Of a stretch of 32,000 nt of DNA, positions 1-9,491 are shown piece by piece (positions within the stretch are counted from its first letter, which is position 1; every line of letters starts with the position of its first letter). The position numbers and the translations under genes are program-made. The notes beneath the pieces were generated by a model. The model searched no databases, was not told where the DNA came from, and worked only from the letters and a program-made list of their open reading frames with translations. This DNA comes from Cylindrospermopsis raciborskii Cr2010 (GTDB lineage: Bacteria; Cyanobacteriota; Cyanobacteriia; Cyanobacteriales; Nostocaceae), in assembly GCF_003367075.2 (NCBI RefSeq), contig NZ_CP065936.1, forward strand, positions 1-32,000, in the 5' to 3' direction.

Positions 1-196
1 CTAGATCGGGTAGTTTATCAGCACGCATACCCTTAGAACTGGATAGTCCTAAGCAAAATAGTAAAGCGTCCAGAATATTGGATTTACCTGAACCATTAGG
101 GCCAGAAATGACGGTACATCCCGGTAGCAAGGGGACAGAAGTTGTACCACCGAAGGATTTAAAATTAGTAAGTTCAACCCGCTTAATATGCACCAT
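1..196 (-). CDS. smc: Chromosome segregation protein SMC, N-terminal part (truncated by window edge)
   Basis: Reverse strand translates [64 protein letters not shown], the SMC N-terminus with Walker [10 protein letters not shown]. Confidence 0.93.
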   Translation of the reverse strand, partial: MVHIKRVELTNFKSFGGTTSVPLLPGCTVISGPNGSGKSNILDALLFCLGLSSSKGMRADKLPDL

Positions 197-366
197 TATT
201 TAGGTGTAACTCAACTGGTTTTAATTGGAGTATTTAACCACCAGATAATTATAACAGACTCCTGGATTTTTAAGTTTGATCTTCTCCACCTCCCTGGAGA
301 AAGATGCAAATCCATCATAGAAGCAGTTGAAATGAACATATCTTCTCCGCTGTTTTCTTTCAACCT

Positions 367-1530
367 ATGACATTATCCCTGGACGAACTCAAAAACTTAG
401 TGGAAAATTCCCAGTCTCCATCCGTATCCCTATACATGCCAACTCAAAAAGCTGGGGCAGAGACTCGTCAAAACCCTATTCGCTTTAAAAATTTAATTCG
501 CCAAGCCCAACAAGATTTAGAAGCGTTAGGTATCAGACACACAGAAGTTTTAGATTTGCTGAAACCGGCTATAGAATTAGATACAATTGATTTTTGGGAA
601 CACCAAAATCAAGGACTGGTAATTTTTATTAGTCCCAACTTGTTTCGCTACTATTGTTTACCCAGTGAATTTCCTGAATTAGTTGTTGTCAATAGAGAAT
701 TTCATCTGAAACCTCTACTGCATTTTATTAATAACGATGGTAAGTTCTATATTTTAGGTCTGAGTCAAAAAGATGTGAAATTATTTGTTGGCACGGGACA
801 TAGTTTACAGGAGTTAGTAGTAGAAAATATGCCCCACCGTTTAGAAGAAATTCTCCTGGAAGACGAATTACAAAAAGGTGTACAACACAGAGTGGGTATA
901 CCCAGAGGGGGAGCATCAGCAGCTGAACACCCAGGATCAGTTCATGGACAAGGTAGTCCAGATCGAGAAAAACACGAAAGAGATATTTTACAATTTTGTT
1001 ATGCCATAGATCAGGCTTTACACCATAGACTAAGAGATGAGAAAGCACCTTTAATTCTAGCAGGAGTAGAGTATCTTTTTCCTATTTATCAAGCAGCAAA
1101 TAGTTATCCTTACTTATTAACAGAAAGCATTAGTGGTAATGTGGAAATTATCAACTTGGATAAATTACATGAGGCGGGGTGGCAAATAGTTTCTCCCCTA
1201 TTTCAACAAGATACAATAGCTACCTTAGAACTGTACGAGCAATTAGCGGGAGAAGGTAGTAATATGGCTACCAGTGATGTGAAAGAGATTGTCAGTGCGG
1301 CCTATTTTCGCAGGGTAAATTCCCTATTAGTTTCTATAGATGATCAAAACTGGGGAAAATTCCATCCTGAAAACATGAGTGTGGATTTACACACAAAACG
1401 AGAGGTAGATGATCAGGATATGTTGGATTTTGCTGCCATACACACTATGTTAAACGGTGGCAATGTTTATACCTTAAAGGGTAAGGACATGCCTAGAGGA
1501 ACAAAAATAGCAGCAATCTTTAGATATTAG
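367..1530 (+). CDS. Conserved cyanobacterial protein resembling the baeRF (bacterial archaeo-eukaryotic release factor-like) family
   Basis: 387 aa; N-terminal SVSLYMPTQKAG, central LFVGTGHSLQELVVENMP and C-terminal AAIHTMLNGGNVYTLKGKDMPRGTKIAAIFRY resemble baeRF/eRF1-like proteins. Confidence 0.65.
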   Translation: MTLSLDELKNLVENSQSPSVSLYMPTQKAGAETRQNPIRFKNLIRQAQQDLEALGIRHTEVLDLLKPAIELDTIDFWEHQNQGLVIFISPNLFRYYCLPSEFPELVVVNREFHLKPLLHFINNDGKFYILGLSQKDVKLFVGTGHSLQELVVENMPHRLEEILLEDELQKGVQHRVGIPRGGASAAEHPGSVHGQGSPDREKHERDILQFCYAIDQALHHRLRDEKAPLILAGVEYLFPIYQAANSYPYLLTESISGNVEIINLDKLHEAGWQIVSPLFQQDTIATLELYEQLAGEGSNMATSDVKEIVSAAYFRRVNSLLVSIDDQNWGKFHPENMSVDLHTKREVDDQDMLDFAAIHTMLNGGNVYTLKGKDMPRGTKIAAIFRY

Positions 1531-1546
1531 AGTATATTAGGATCGG

Positions 1547-2674
1547 GTGAATCCGTGGTGTATTATGCCAACTGCACAAGATCCTGATAATTATTATGCT
1601 ACCCCTCACCGACGAGGAAAACATAAAATCTTTATTGGTATGGCTCCCGGTGTGGGTAAAACCTATAAAATGCTGGAGGAAGCACATCAACTCAAACAAG
1701 AGGGGATTGATGTCATTATTGGCATTTTAGAAACTCATGGACGCAAAGAGACTGCTCAAAAAGCTACTGGACTGGAAATGATTCCTAAACGGGTCATGGT
1801 CAAAGAGAATATAACTCTTGCAGAAATGGATACAGATGCCATATTAGACCGCTCTCCCCAGTTAGTGTTAATTGATGAACTGGCCCATACTAACATCCCC
1901 GGATCTCCACGGGAAAAACGATATCAGGATGTGGAGGTAATTTTAGAGAGTGGAATTGATGTTTACTCTACGGTTAATATTCAGCACATAGAAAGTTTAA
2001 ATGACATAGTGGCGAGAATTACTGGTATTGTGGTCAGAGAAAGGATTCCAGATCGCCTGCTGGATGAAGCTGATGCAGTTGTAGTGATTGATATTACTCC
2101 AGAAACTTTGGAGGAACGATTGCGTGAGGGGAAAATTTACCCCCAGAGTCAAGTTGAGCAGTCTTTGAAAAATTTTTTCCAGCGTCGCAATTTGATAGCT
2201 CTACGAGAGTTGTCTTTGCGGGAAGTAGCGGATACGGTTGAAGAAGAAGCAAACACTTGTAGTCTGGAACCATCTAGTTGTAATATTCATGAACGGGTCC
2301 TGGTTTGTGTTTCTACTTATTCTAATTCAGTACAGTTACTCCGTAGGGGTGCCCGCATTGCTAATTATATGAATGCAAGACTATATGGAATTTTTGTGTC
2401 AGGTCCGGAGCAATTCCTCAGTAAGAAAGAAGCTGGTCATATTGATACTTGTGAGAAATTATGTAGGGAATTTGGCGGTGAATTTTTGCATGTCAAAAGT
2501 CAAAATGTTGCTAGAGAAATTGCTCAAATCGCGGCTAAGTACCACATTACCCAAATTGTAATTGGTGAAAGCCAACAACCTCCCTGGCAAAGATGGTTTA
2601 AAGGCTCTTTTACCCAGCGACTTGTAGACTTGATTCGCAATCAAAATATTGATTTACATATTATTGCTGAATAG
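1547..2674 (+). CDS. Short KdpD-like protein: N-terminal KdpD domain plus UspA-like domain, no histidine kinase. GTG at 1547; an internal ATG (MPTAQDPDN) may be the real start
   Basis: KFIGMAPGVGKTYKMLEEAHQLKQEG-type Walker A (here KIFIGMAPGVGKTYKM), LVLIDELAHTN and STVNIQHIESLND are KdpD signatures; C-terminal RVLVCVSTYSNSVQLLRRGARIA..IVIGES is UspA-like; ORF ends at 375 aa. Confidence 0.85.
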   Translation: MNPWCIMPTAQDPDNYYATPHRRGKHKIFIGMAPGVGKTYKMLEEAHQLKQEGIDVIIGILETHGRKETAQKATGLEMIPKRVMVKENITLAEMDTDAILDRSPQLVLIDELAHTNIPGSPREKRYQDVEVILESGIDVYSTVNIQHIESLNDIVARITGIVVRERIPDRLLDEADAVVVIDITPETLEERLREGKIYPQSQVEQSLKNFFQRRNLIALRELSLREVADTVEEEANTCSLEPSSCNIHERVLVCVSTYSNSVQLLRRGARIANYMNARLYGIFVSGPEQFLSKKEAGHIDTCEKLCREFGGEFLHVKSQNVAREIAQIAAKYHITQIVIGESQQPPWQRWFKGSFTQRLVDLIRNQNIDLHIIAE

Positions 2675-2677
2675 AGA

Positions 2678-3625
2678 ATGGAACAACCTTCTAATTTATT
2701 ACTAAAACTTGCCCATCGTTTATTTGATAACCCTGATGAAGAGGCAAAATTTATAACAGCTTTAGTTCATCCCCAACCCTTTTCACCTTCTATCCTTTGG
2801 TGTCAAAATCCTCCAGAAACACCCCCATTCACCACGGAGACACCAACATCATGGCAACCCAAATTTGTAGATCGTCTACAAGTGGGGGAAAGACCTGGTC
2901 AACATGCTCTCCATCAAGCAGGAGCTTTTTACTGTTTAGACTTTTCTTCTATATTTGCAGCATCTGTACTATTAACCATAGAGCAACCTCTTACTTTAGT
3001 ATTGGATGTATGTGCCGCACCTGGAGGTAAAAGTATCTTTGCCTGGAAAGCATTACAACCGGATTTAATTATTAGCAATGAAGTAATTCGTAAACGACTA
3101 GGAATGCTAATCTCTAATTTAAAGCGTTGTCAAATTAAACCTAGTTACGTACTTAATAAAGATACTAGCGTTTTAGCTCAAATGCTTAAACAATCTATGA
3201 GTTTAGTTATAGTTGATGCACCTTGTAGCGGTCAGTCCTTACTAGCAAAGAGAGAGAAAGCTCCCGGATGTTTTCACCAAACAGTAATTAATAAAAATGC
3301 CAATCGTCAAAAACGAATTATTGCTAATTCCGCTGGGATTGTTGCTCCCCAAGGTTATTTAGTTTATATGACTTGCACCTACTCTCTAGAAGAAAATGAA
3401 CAAGTCTGTACATGGTTTTTAGAGCGATTTCCCCAATTTAAACCTGTGGAAGTTAGTCCTCTTTCTCCCTACAGATCTCATTTAACCACTATTCCCTGTT
3501 ATCGAATGTTCCCCCAGAAGGGTTTGGGCGCTGGTGCGTTTACGGTGCTATTTAAAAACATAACTGAGGGAAATCCAGCACAACTTGTTGGAGATGAAAT
3601 CCTATCCGCAAGTGTGTGGTACTAG
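2678..3625 (+). CDS. NOL1/NOP2/Sun-family RNA m5C methyltransferase (RsmB/RsmF-like)
   Basis: VLDVCAAPGGKSIFAWKAL, VDAPCSGQSLLAKR and MTCTYSLEENEQV are SAM-binding and catalytic Cys motifs. Confidence 0.87.
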   Translation: MEQPSNLLLKLAHRLFDNPDEEAKFITALVHPQPFSPSILWCQNPPETPPFTTETPTSWQPKFVDRLQVGERPGQHALHQAGAFYCLDFSSIFAASVLLTIEQPLTLVLDVCAAPGGKSIFAWKALQPDLIISNEVIRKRLGMLISNLKRCQIKPSYVLNKDTSVLAQMLKQSMSLVIVDAPCSGQSLLAKREKAPGCFHQTVINKNANRQKRIIANSAGIVAPQGYLVYMTCTYSLEENEQVCTWFLERFPQFKPVEVSPLSPYRSHLTTIPCYRMFPQKGLGAGAFTVLFKNITEGNPAQLVGDEILSASVWY

Positions 3626-3927
3626 CAACTATCTGATGGATCGCATCGCATAATTTTTTATAATTTTTCAGTAACTATTCCGGGTGGGAGATGAAAAATG
3701 AGAAGAGCTAAATAACAACTTAATGTAAGAAACATTTTGGTGCTAAACCTATGACTCAACAAACACTGCAAATCTATTCCTTGTATCGCTTTGACTTTAC
3801 TCAGCGGGATGATTTACATCTTGTCGATGTAGATTATCCGGAGAGATCAAGATAAGATACAATTGCTACCGAATGCCTCAAACACTGATAATCACCTAGG
3901 TTAAATGTACTCGATACTGCCACACTC

Positions 3928-3970
3928 ACGGAGACGTTCACCTTAACGTCTCTGTGTTTGATTGTTTATT
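3928..3970. terminator. Putative intrinsic terminator
   Basis: ACGGAGACGTT-CACCTT-AACGTCTCTGT 11-bp stem with one G-U pair, followed by GTTTGATTGTTTATTTTTCC. Confidence 0.5.
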
Positions 3971-4029
3971 TTTCCTAAAATTGTACAATAAACATGGCGA
4001 TCGCACGGATCCCCATGCGATCGCCTGTA

Positions 4030-5937
4030 TTATAGAGCTACTGGTATTTTATCAAACTTATTTTCTTCAACAATATTACGGAATAAATCTCCATCAATGG
4101 TTTCTTCCACCATCAGCATTTCAACTAAGCGGTCCATAGTCATACGATTTTCCTGCAACAGTTCTTTTACTTTGGCATAACAGTTACTAACAATGTCTCT
4201 GACTTGAACATCAATTTTGGCAGCAATTTGCTCAGAATAATCTGATTTCATTCCCCAGTCTCTCCCCAAAAACACTTCTTGACTGGGGGTCTCGAGAGAT
4301 AACAAACCGAGATCGGACATACCAAATCGGGTCACCATTTGTCTAGCCATAGTTGTCACCTGTTGTAAGTCATTACCTGCACCAGTAGTTACTTCCGCTT
4401 TGCCAAAGACAATTTCTTCAGCAGCACGCCCCCCTAAAGCTCCCATAATGCGAGCTAACATTTGAGAGCGAGATACTAAACCCTGGTCTTCATTAGGTGT
4501 AAACCAAGTTAGACCCAAAGCTTGACCCCTTGGTATCAAAGTAACCTTTTGTACAGGATCATGATCTTTAACTAAAGTGCCAATCAAGGCATGACCCACT
4601 TCATGGTAGGCAATTAAACGTTTACTTTTGCCATCAACTAAAGCTGTACCTTCCATACCAGCTACAACCCGATCCACAGCATCATTAATTTCCAGCATAG
4701 TAGTTTCTTCCTTGCGCCGTCTAGCTGTCAAAATAGCTGCTTCATTGAGCAGATTAGCCAGGTCTGCACCAGTAAAACCGGGGGTGCGTTGGGCAATTTC
4801 CTCTAAGGAAATGGTGGGGTCTAATTTCTTATTTCGAGCATGGACTGCCAATATATCCAAACGTCCCTTTAGATCTGGCGCATCTACAATTACCTGTCTA
4901 TCAAAACGACCAGGACGTAACAGGGCAGAATCCAACACATCGGGACGGTTCGTAGCAGCAATAATAATAATCCCATTATTGCCTTCAAAACCATCCATTT
5001 CCGTTAACAACTGATTTAGGGTTTGCTCTCTTTCATCATTACCACCACCAATACCTGCTCCTCTCTGTCTACCCACAGCATCAATCTCATCAATAAAGAT
5101 AATACAGGGAGCATTTTCCTTAGCCTTTTTAAACAGGTCTCGCACCCGGGAAGCGCCCACACCCACAAACATTTCCACAAATTCCGAGCCAGAAATGCTG
5201 AAAAATGGCACAGATGCTTCCCCAGCAATGGCTTTTGCCAATAAGGTCTTACCAGTTCCCGGTGGTCCAACCAATAGTACACCCTTGGGAATTTTTGCCC
5301 CCACAGCAGTAAATTTTTCCGGTTGTTGTAAAAATGTCACTACTTCCTGTAGTTCTTCCTTAGCCTCAGTAATTCCAGCTACATCATCAAATTTCACCCC
5401 GGTTTTAGCCTCCATTTGAAACCGGGCCCGAGATCTGCCAAAATTCAATGCCTGGTTGGAACTACTAGCAGAACGTCGCAGCAATAACATAATCAAGGCT
5501 AACAGTGGCAAAATCCACATCAAGTTGATTAGTAAACCAATGGTTGCTCTGCTACTAGCTGTGGAAATCTCACCGAACTCAACTTTTTTCTCCTTGAGTT
5601 TACTGATTAACTCACTATTTTGATCTAACAGTCTCACTGATATGGGCGCTGTACCAGGTTTATGACTGACCAAATATACCTTAGCTATTTGTTCACCTTC
5701 ATCAATTTCTACTCTTTTAACCTGGCCCGCTTTAGTTTTCTGTAGTAGCTGTCCGTAAGATAAAGAATTACTACGCCCAATTTTTTGTGCCAAGACTGGA
5801 CTACCCACAATTTCTGGTAGCATAATCATCGTGGCTACTAATACTCCAGTCCAAGCAAATCTTTTGGCTGGAACCTTTTTTAACCAGGGTTTTTCCAATG
5901 TTTTTCTACCAGTATTTGTCGTCATAGTATTTACCAT
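4030..5937 (-). CDS. ftsH: ATP-dependent zinc metalloprotease FtsH
   Basis: 635 aa with [27 protein letters not shown]-region [21 protein letters not shown] and zinc motif HEVGH; N-terminal transmembrane segment. Confidence 0.97.
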   Translation of the reverse strand: MVNTMTTNTGRKTLEKPWLKKVPAKRFAWTGVLVATMIMLPEIVGSPVLAQKIGRSNSLSYGQLLQKTKAGQVKRVEIDEGEQIAKVYLVSHKPGTAPISVRLLDQNSELISKLKEKKVEFGEISTASSRATIGLLINLMWILPLLALIMLLLRRSASSSNQALNFGRSRARFQMEAKTGVKFDDVAGITEAKEELQEVVTFLQQPEKFTAVGAKIPKGVLLVGPPGTGKTLLAKAIAGEASVPFFSISGSEFVEMFVGVGASRVRDLFKKAKENAPCIIFIDEIDAVGRQRGAGIGGGNDEREQTLNQLLTEMDGFEGNNGIIIIAATNRPDVLDSALLRPGRFDRQVIVDAPDLKGRLDILAVHARNKKLDPTISLEEIAQRTPGFTGADLANLLNEAAILTARRRKEETTMLEINDAVDRVVAGMEGTALVDGKSKRLIAYHEVGHALIGTLVKDHDPVQKVTLIPRGQALGLTWFTPNEDQGLVSRSQMLARIMGALGGRAAEEIVFGKAEVTTGAGNDLQQVTTMARQMVTRFGMSDLGLLSLETPSQEVFLGRDWGMKSDYSEQIAAKIDVQVRDIVSNCYAKVKELLQENRMTMDRLVEMLMVEETIDGDLFRNIVEENKFDKIPVAL

Positions 5938-6063
5938 TTAAAACCTACTCCAATCCATTCTCGGTGACCTGTTAACAACTGGGGACTTGACATTATTTAT
6001 GGTGAAAGCTACCATAAACAACTGAGCCAAATCGGGGAATTTTGTCAACATTTACATGCGCAT

Positions 6064-6276
6064 ATGACCACCTTTATCAATACAGATTATGGTTATGGGA
6101 ATCGAGAATTAAATCTGTACTCTCAAGATTATAGCTTGCTGACCGACCTTTATCAGCTAATAATCCGTTTACCTCAAGGTTATGTTTGTATTTACCGATA
6201 AACGCTGTTGAAAGCTGAATCTCATTTACAGCAAATCCAAATTGTAGAGACCTATTTATTAGATATCGTACCTTAA
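6064..6276 (+). pseudogene. Eroded nicotinate phosphoribosyltransferase (pncB-like) relic
   Basis: One frame reads MTTFINTDYGYGNRELNLYSQDYSLLTDLYQLIIRLPQGYVCIYR*TLLKAESHLQQIQIVETYLLDIVP*. SLLTDLYQL, RLPQGY and QIVETYLL match recognisable, normally far-separated, NAPRTase segments. Confidence 0.7.
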
Positions 6277-6280
6277 ATTT

Positions 6281-6853
6281 ATGAATATCGCATTATTTGG
6301 CACAAGTGCAGATCCACCCACAGCTGGACATCAAAAAATTATCAAATGGCTATCTGAAAATTATGATTGGGTAGCGGTTTGGGCTGCGGATAACCCTATT
6401 AAAGAACAGCAGACACCCTTGGGACATCGTGCTGCTATGTTGCAGTTGTTAATTTCTGATATTCAGCCCCCATTAGATAAATTAAATAATATTATATTAG
6501 CACAGGAATTGAGTAGTTGGCGCACCTTAGAAACCCTAGAAAAGGCAAAATTAAAATGGGGAAATGATGTGAAGTATACTTTAGTAATTGGTTCTGATTT
6601 AGTTAACCAATTACCCAGGTGGTATAGAATTAGTGACTTGCTACAACAAGTCCAATTATTGGTGATTCCTCGACCTGGATATATTATAGAAGACGCTAGT
6701 TTACATAAAATTAGACAATTAGGGGGAAAAATGGCGATCGCCAGTACTAAAGGTTTAGATGTGTCATCAACCAATTTTCGTCAACAAAAAAATCTACAAA
6801 CTCTCACAGCTCCTGTAATTGCCTATATTAATCGTGAGAGGTTATACATTTAA
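6281..6853 (+). CDS. nadD: Nicotinate-nucleotide adenylyltransferase
   Basis: GTSADPPTAGH (T/H)xGH nucleotidyltransferase motif and VSSTNFR (ISSTxxR-type) motif. Confidence 0.83.
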   Translation: MNIALFGTSADPPTAGHQKIIKWLSENYDWVAVWAADNPIKEQQTPLGHRAAMLQLLISDIQPPLDKLNNIILAQELSSWRTLETLEKAKLKWGNDVKYTLVIGSDLVNQLPRWYRISDLLQQVQLLVIPRPGYIIEDASLHKIRQLGGKMAIASTKGLDVSSTNFRQQKNLQTLTAPVIAYINRERLYI

Positions 6854-7599
6854 TGCTATTAAGTAATCAAACAACTTGTACAAATTCCGTATCTCAAGGG
6901 AGTTTAGCGAATTTTAAGGTAGGTGTTGATAATGTGATTTTCTCCGTAGATACTGCCAGAAATCGTCTGTTGGTTTTATTGGTGATGCGACAACAAGAGC
7001 CATTTTTGAATTTCTGGAGTCTCCCTGGTACTTTGGTACGTCAGGGTGAATCCCTAGAGGATGCTGCTTACAGAATTATGGCAGAAAAAATTAGGGTAAG
7101 TAATTTATACTTAGATCAACTATACACCTTTGGCGGTCCACATAGAGATCCCAGGGAAAAAAGCAACAGTTATGGGGTACGTTACTTGTCAGTAAGTTAT
7201 TTTGCCTTAGTGAGATTTGAAGAAGCAGAATTAATCACTAATAAAGTTGCTGGTACTGCGTGGCATCCCGTGAAAAACATACCAGAATTGGCATTTGATC
7301 ACGATAAAATCATTAACTATGGGCACAAAAGACTGAAAAATAAATTAGAATATAGTCCGGTGGCGTTTGATGTATTACCAGAAACCTTTACCCTTAATGA
7401 GTTATATCAGTTATACACAACAGTTTTAGGAGACAACTTTTCTGATTATTCTAATTTTAGAGCCAGGTTGTTAAAACTCGGTTTCTTATTAGATACAGGA
7501 AGTAAGGTTTGTAGGGGAGCTGGTCGTCCTGCAAGTTTATATAAGTTTGATGCCCAAGCATTTGCACCATTTAAGGATAAACCATTAGTATTTATTTAG
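6853..7599 (+). CDS. Nudix-like plus winged-helix protein, NrtR-like
   Basis: FWSLPGTLVRQGESLEDAAYRIMAEKIRV (degenerate Nudix box), C-terminal FRARLLKLGFLLDTG..CRGAGRPASLYKFD typical of NrtR winged helix. Start codon overlaps the nadD stop (TAATG). Confidence 0.8.
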   Translation: MLLSNQTTCTNSVSQGSLANFKVGVDNVIFSVDTARNRLLVLLVMRQQEPFLNFWSLPGTLVRQGESLEDAAYRIMAEKIRVSNLYLDQLYTFGGPHRDPREKSNSYGVRYLSVSYFALVRFEEAELITNKVAGTAWHPVKNIPELAFDHDKIINYGHKRLKNKLEYSPVAFDVLPETFTLNELYQLYTTVLGDNFSDYSNFRARLLKLGFLLDTGSKVCRGAGRPASLYKFDAQAFAPFKDKPLVFI

Positions 7600-7649
7600 T
7601 ATTGATTTAGATTTTTAACTACCAGGTTTATATTACTGAAATTACCACT

Positions 7650-9329
7650 ATGAAAATAGCCATTGCCCAACTAAATCCCATCATTGGTGACCTAAAAGGA
7701 AATTGTCAAAAAATCCTAGAAACTGCATACCAAGCAAATGATGTACGTTTATTATTAACACCAGAACTTTCTCTATGTGGCTATCCACCAAGAGATTTAC
7801 TCTTAAATCCTGGATTTGTGGAAGCCATGGATATGAGCTTACAAGAACTGGCTCAAAATTTACCACCTCATCTAGCAGTTTTGGTAGGAACTGTGGTTCG
7901 GAATGGAGAACATCACACCAGGGGGGGTAAAAATTTATTTAATAGTGTCGCTTGGTTAGAAAAGGGGAAAATTCAACAATATTTTCACAAAAGACTATTA
8001 CCTACCTACGATGTTTTTGACGAGAAACGCTACTTTGAGCCTGGGTTAAACCCCAACTACTTTACATTAGATGGTGTTAACATTGGTGTAACTATATGTG
8101 AAGATTTATGGAATGATGAAGAATTTTGGGGCAAAAAGTGTTACGCGGTAAATCCCATTGCTGATTTATCGGTTGTGGGGGTAGATTTAATAGTCAACTT
8201 ATCTGCTTCTCCTTATACAGTTGGTAAACAGAAAACCAGAGAAGCAATGTTAAAACATACCGCTGTAAACTTTCAGCAACCTATAATTTACACTAATCAA
8301 GTTGGTGGTAATGATGATTTAATATTTGATGGTTACAGTTTTGCTGTCAACTCCCAAGGTGAAATTCTATATCGAGGTCAGGGTTTTACTCCAGATTTTC
8401 TCATAGTAGAATTCAATCAACATACAAAAGAGGTGGAGTTGGCTTCCGACTCAGACCAAAATCTGATTACTCCTATCTATGAATCAGAGGATGAGGAAAT
8501 TTGGCACGCTTTAGTTTTGGGGGTGAAGGATTATGTGAAAAAATGTCGGTTTTCTCAGGTGATTTTAGGTTTAAGTGGTGGTATAGATTCAGCCTTGGTT
8601 GCTGCTATTGCTACTGCTGCATTGGGCAAAGAAAATGTTTTAGGCGTGTTAATGCCTTCACCCTATAGTTCCCAACATTCTGTTAGCGATGCTCTCAAAT
8701 TAGGGCAGAATTTAGGGATTAAAACCCAAATTTTGCCCATTGGTGAATTAATGAAAAGTTTTGACCATACCTTATTTGAATTATTTACAGGTACAGAATT
8801 TGGAATTGCTGAAGAAAATATTCAGTCTCGTATTCGAGGTGTTCTATTGATGGCAATATCCAATAAATTTGGTTACCTGCTTTTATCCACCGGTAATAAA
8901 TCAGAAATTGCTGTTGGTTACTGCACCCTTTATGGTGATATGAATGGAGGTTTAGCAGTAATTGCGGACGTGCCAAAAACCCGCGTTTATTCTATTTGTA
9001 ATTGGTTGAATGGTCAAAATCAACAAGAGGTCATTCCCCAAAACATTTTGACCAAGCCTCCTAGTGCAGAACTCAAGCCTGGTCAAACCGATCAAGACTC
9101 CTTACCACCATATAATATTCTGGATGATATTCTACAGCGTTTAATCAATCAACATCAATCAGTAGAGGAAATAATAGCTGGAGGTCATGATTTAGGGACT
9201 GTAAATCGGGTAATCAAGCTAGTTGCTGGATCGGAATTTAAGCGTCGACAAGCAGCACCGGGACTGAAAATTACCGATAGAGCTTTTGGTACGGGTTGGA
9301 GAATGCCCATTGCTGCACAAAAGGTTTAG
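7650..9329 (+). CDS. nadE: Glutamine-dependent NAD+ synthetase
   Basis: N-terminal nitrilase-like glutaminase domain (LTPELSLCGYPPRDLL, GVTICEDLW) and C-terminal synthetase P-loop LGLSGGIDSAL, STGNKSEIAVGY. Confidence 0.96.
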   Translation: MKIAIAQLNPIIGDLKGNCQKILETAYQANDVRLLLTPELSLCGYPPRDLLLNPGFVEAMDMSLQELAQNLPPHLAVLVGTVVRNGEHHTRGGKNLFNSVAWLEKGKIQQYFHKRLLPTYDVFDEKRYFEPGLNPNYFTLDGVNIGVTICEDLWNDEEFWGKKCYAVNPIADLSVVGVDLIVNLSASPYTVGKQKTREAMLKHTAVNFQQPIIYTNQVGGNDDLIFDGYSFAVNSQGEILYRGQGFTPDFLIVEFNQHTKEVELASDSDQNLITPIYESEDEEIWHALVLGVKDYVKKCRFSQVILGLSGGIDSALVAAIATAALGKENVLGVLMPSPYSSQHSVSDALKLGQNLGIKTQILPIGELMKSFDHTLFELFTGTEFGIAEENIQSRIRGVLLMAISNKFGYLLLSTGNKSEIAVGYCTLYGDMNGGLAVIADVPKTRVYSICNWLNGQNQQEVIPQNILTKPPSAELKPGQTDQDSLPPYNILDDILQRLINQHQSVEEIIAGGHDLGTVNRVIKLVAGSEFKRRQAAPGLKITDRAFGTGWRMPIAAQKV

Positions 9330-9491
9330 GTCACTGCAAGTTCACACAAGCATAAAATTTATGAACTAATTAATAAACTGTTACACCAGAACAATATTGC
9401 TAGGGTGATTGACCACATACTAGTTTAACATAATGGTCTTAGGGGTAAATCTCTGGGTATTCTTGACAAACTCACCCCTAGTACAGAGGTC

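Noticed and set aside
188-370. 60-aa ORF on + strand
   Set aside because: Overlaps the reverse-strand SMC start and the intergenic region upstream of the 387-aa ORF; no recognisable protein features.
728-1048. 106-aa ORF on minus strand
   Set aside because: Antisense shadow of the 387-aa baeRF-like ORF with no RBS or domain support.
3752-3856. 34-codon ORF MTQQTLQIYSLYRFDFTQRDDLHLVDVDYPERSR
   Set aside because: Too short and no known family recognised; could be a small peptide or relic but there is no supporting evidence.
3954-4139. 61-aa ORF on + strand overlapping the ftsH 3' end
   Set aside because: Starts in the terminator tail and runs antisense into ftsH.
4628-5419. ORFs 4628-5014 (+), 5016-5282 (-), 5023-5244 (+), 5195-5419 (+)
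   Set aside because: All lie in alternative frames or antisense to the well-supported ftsH gene.
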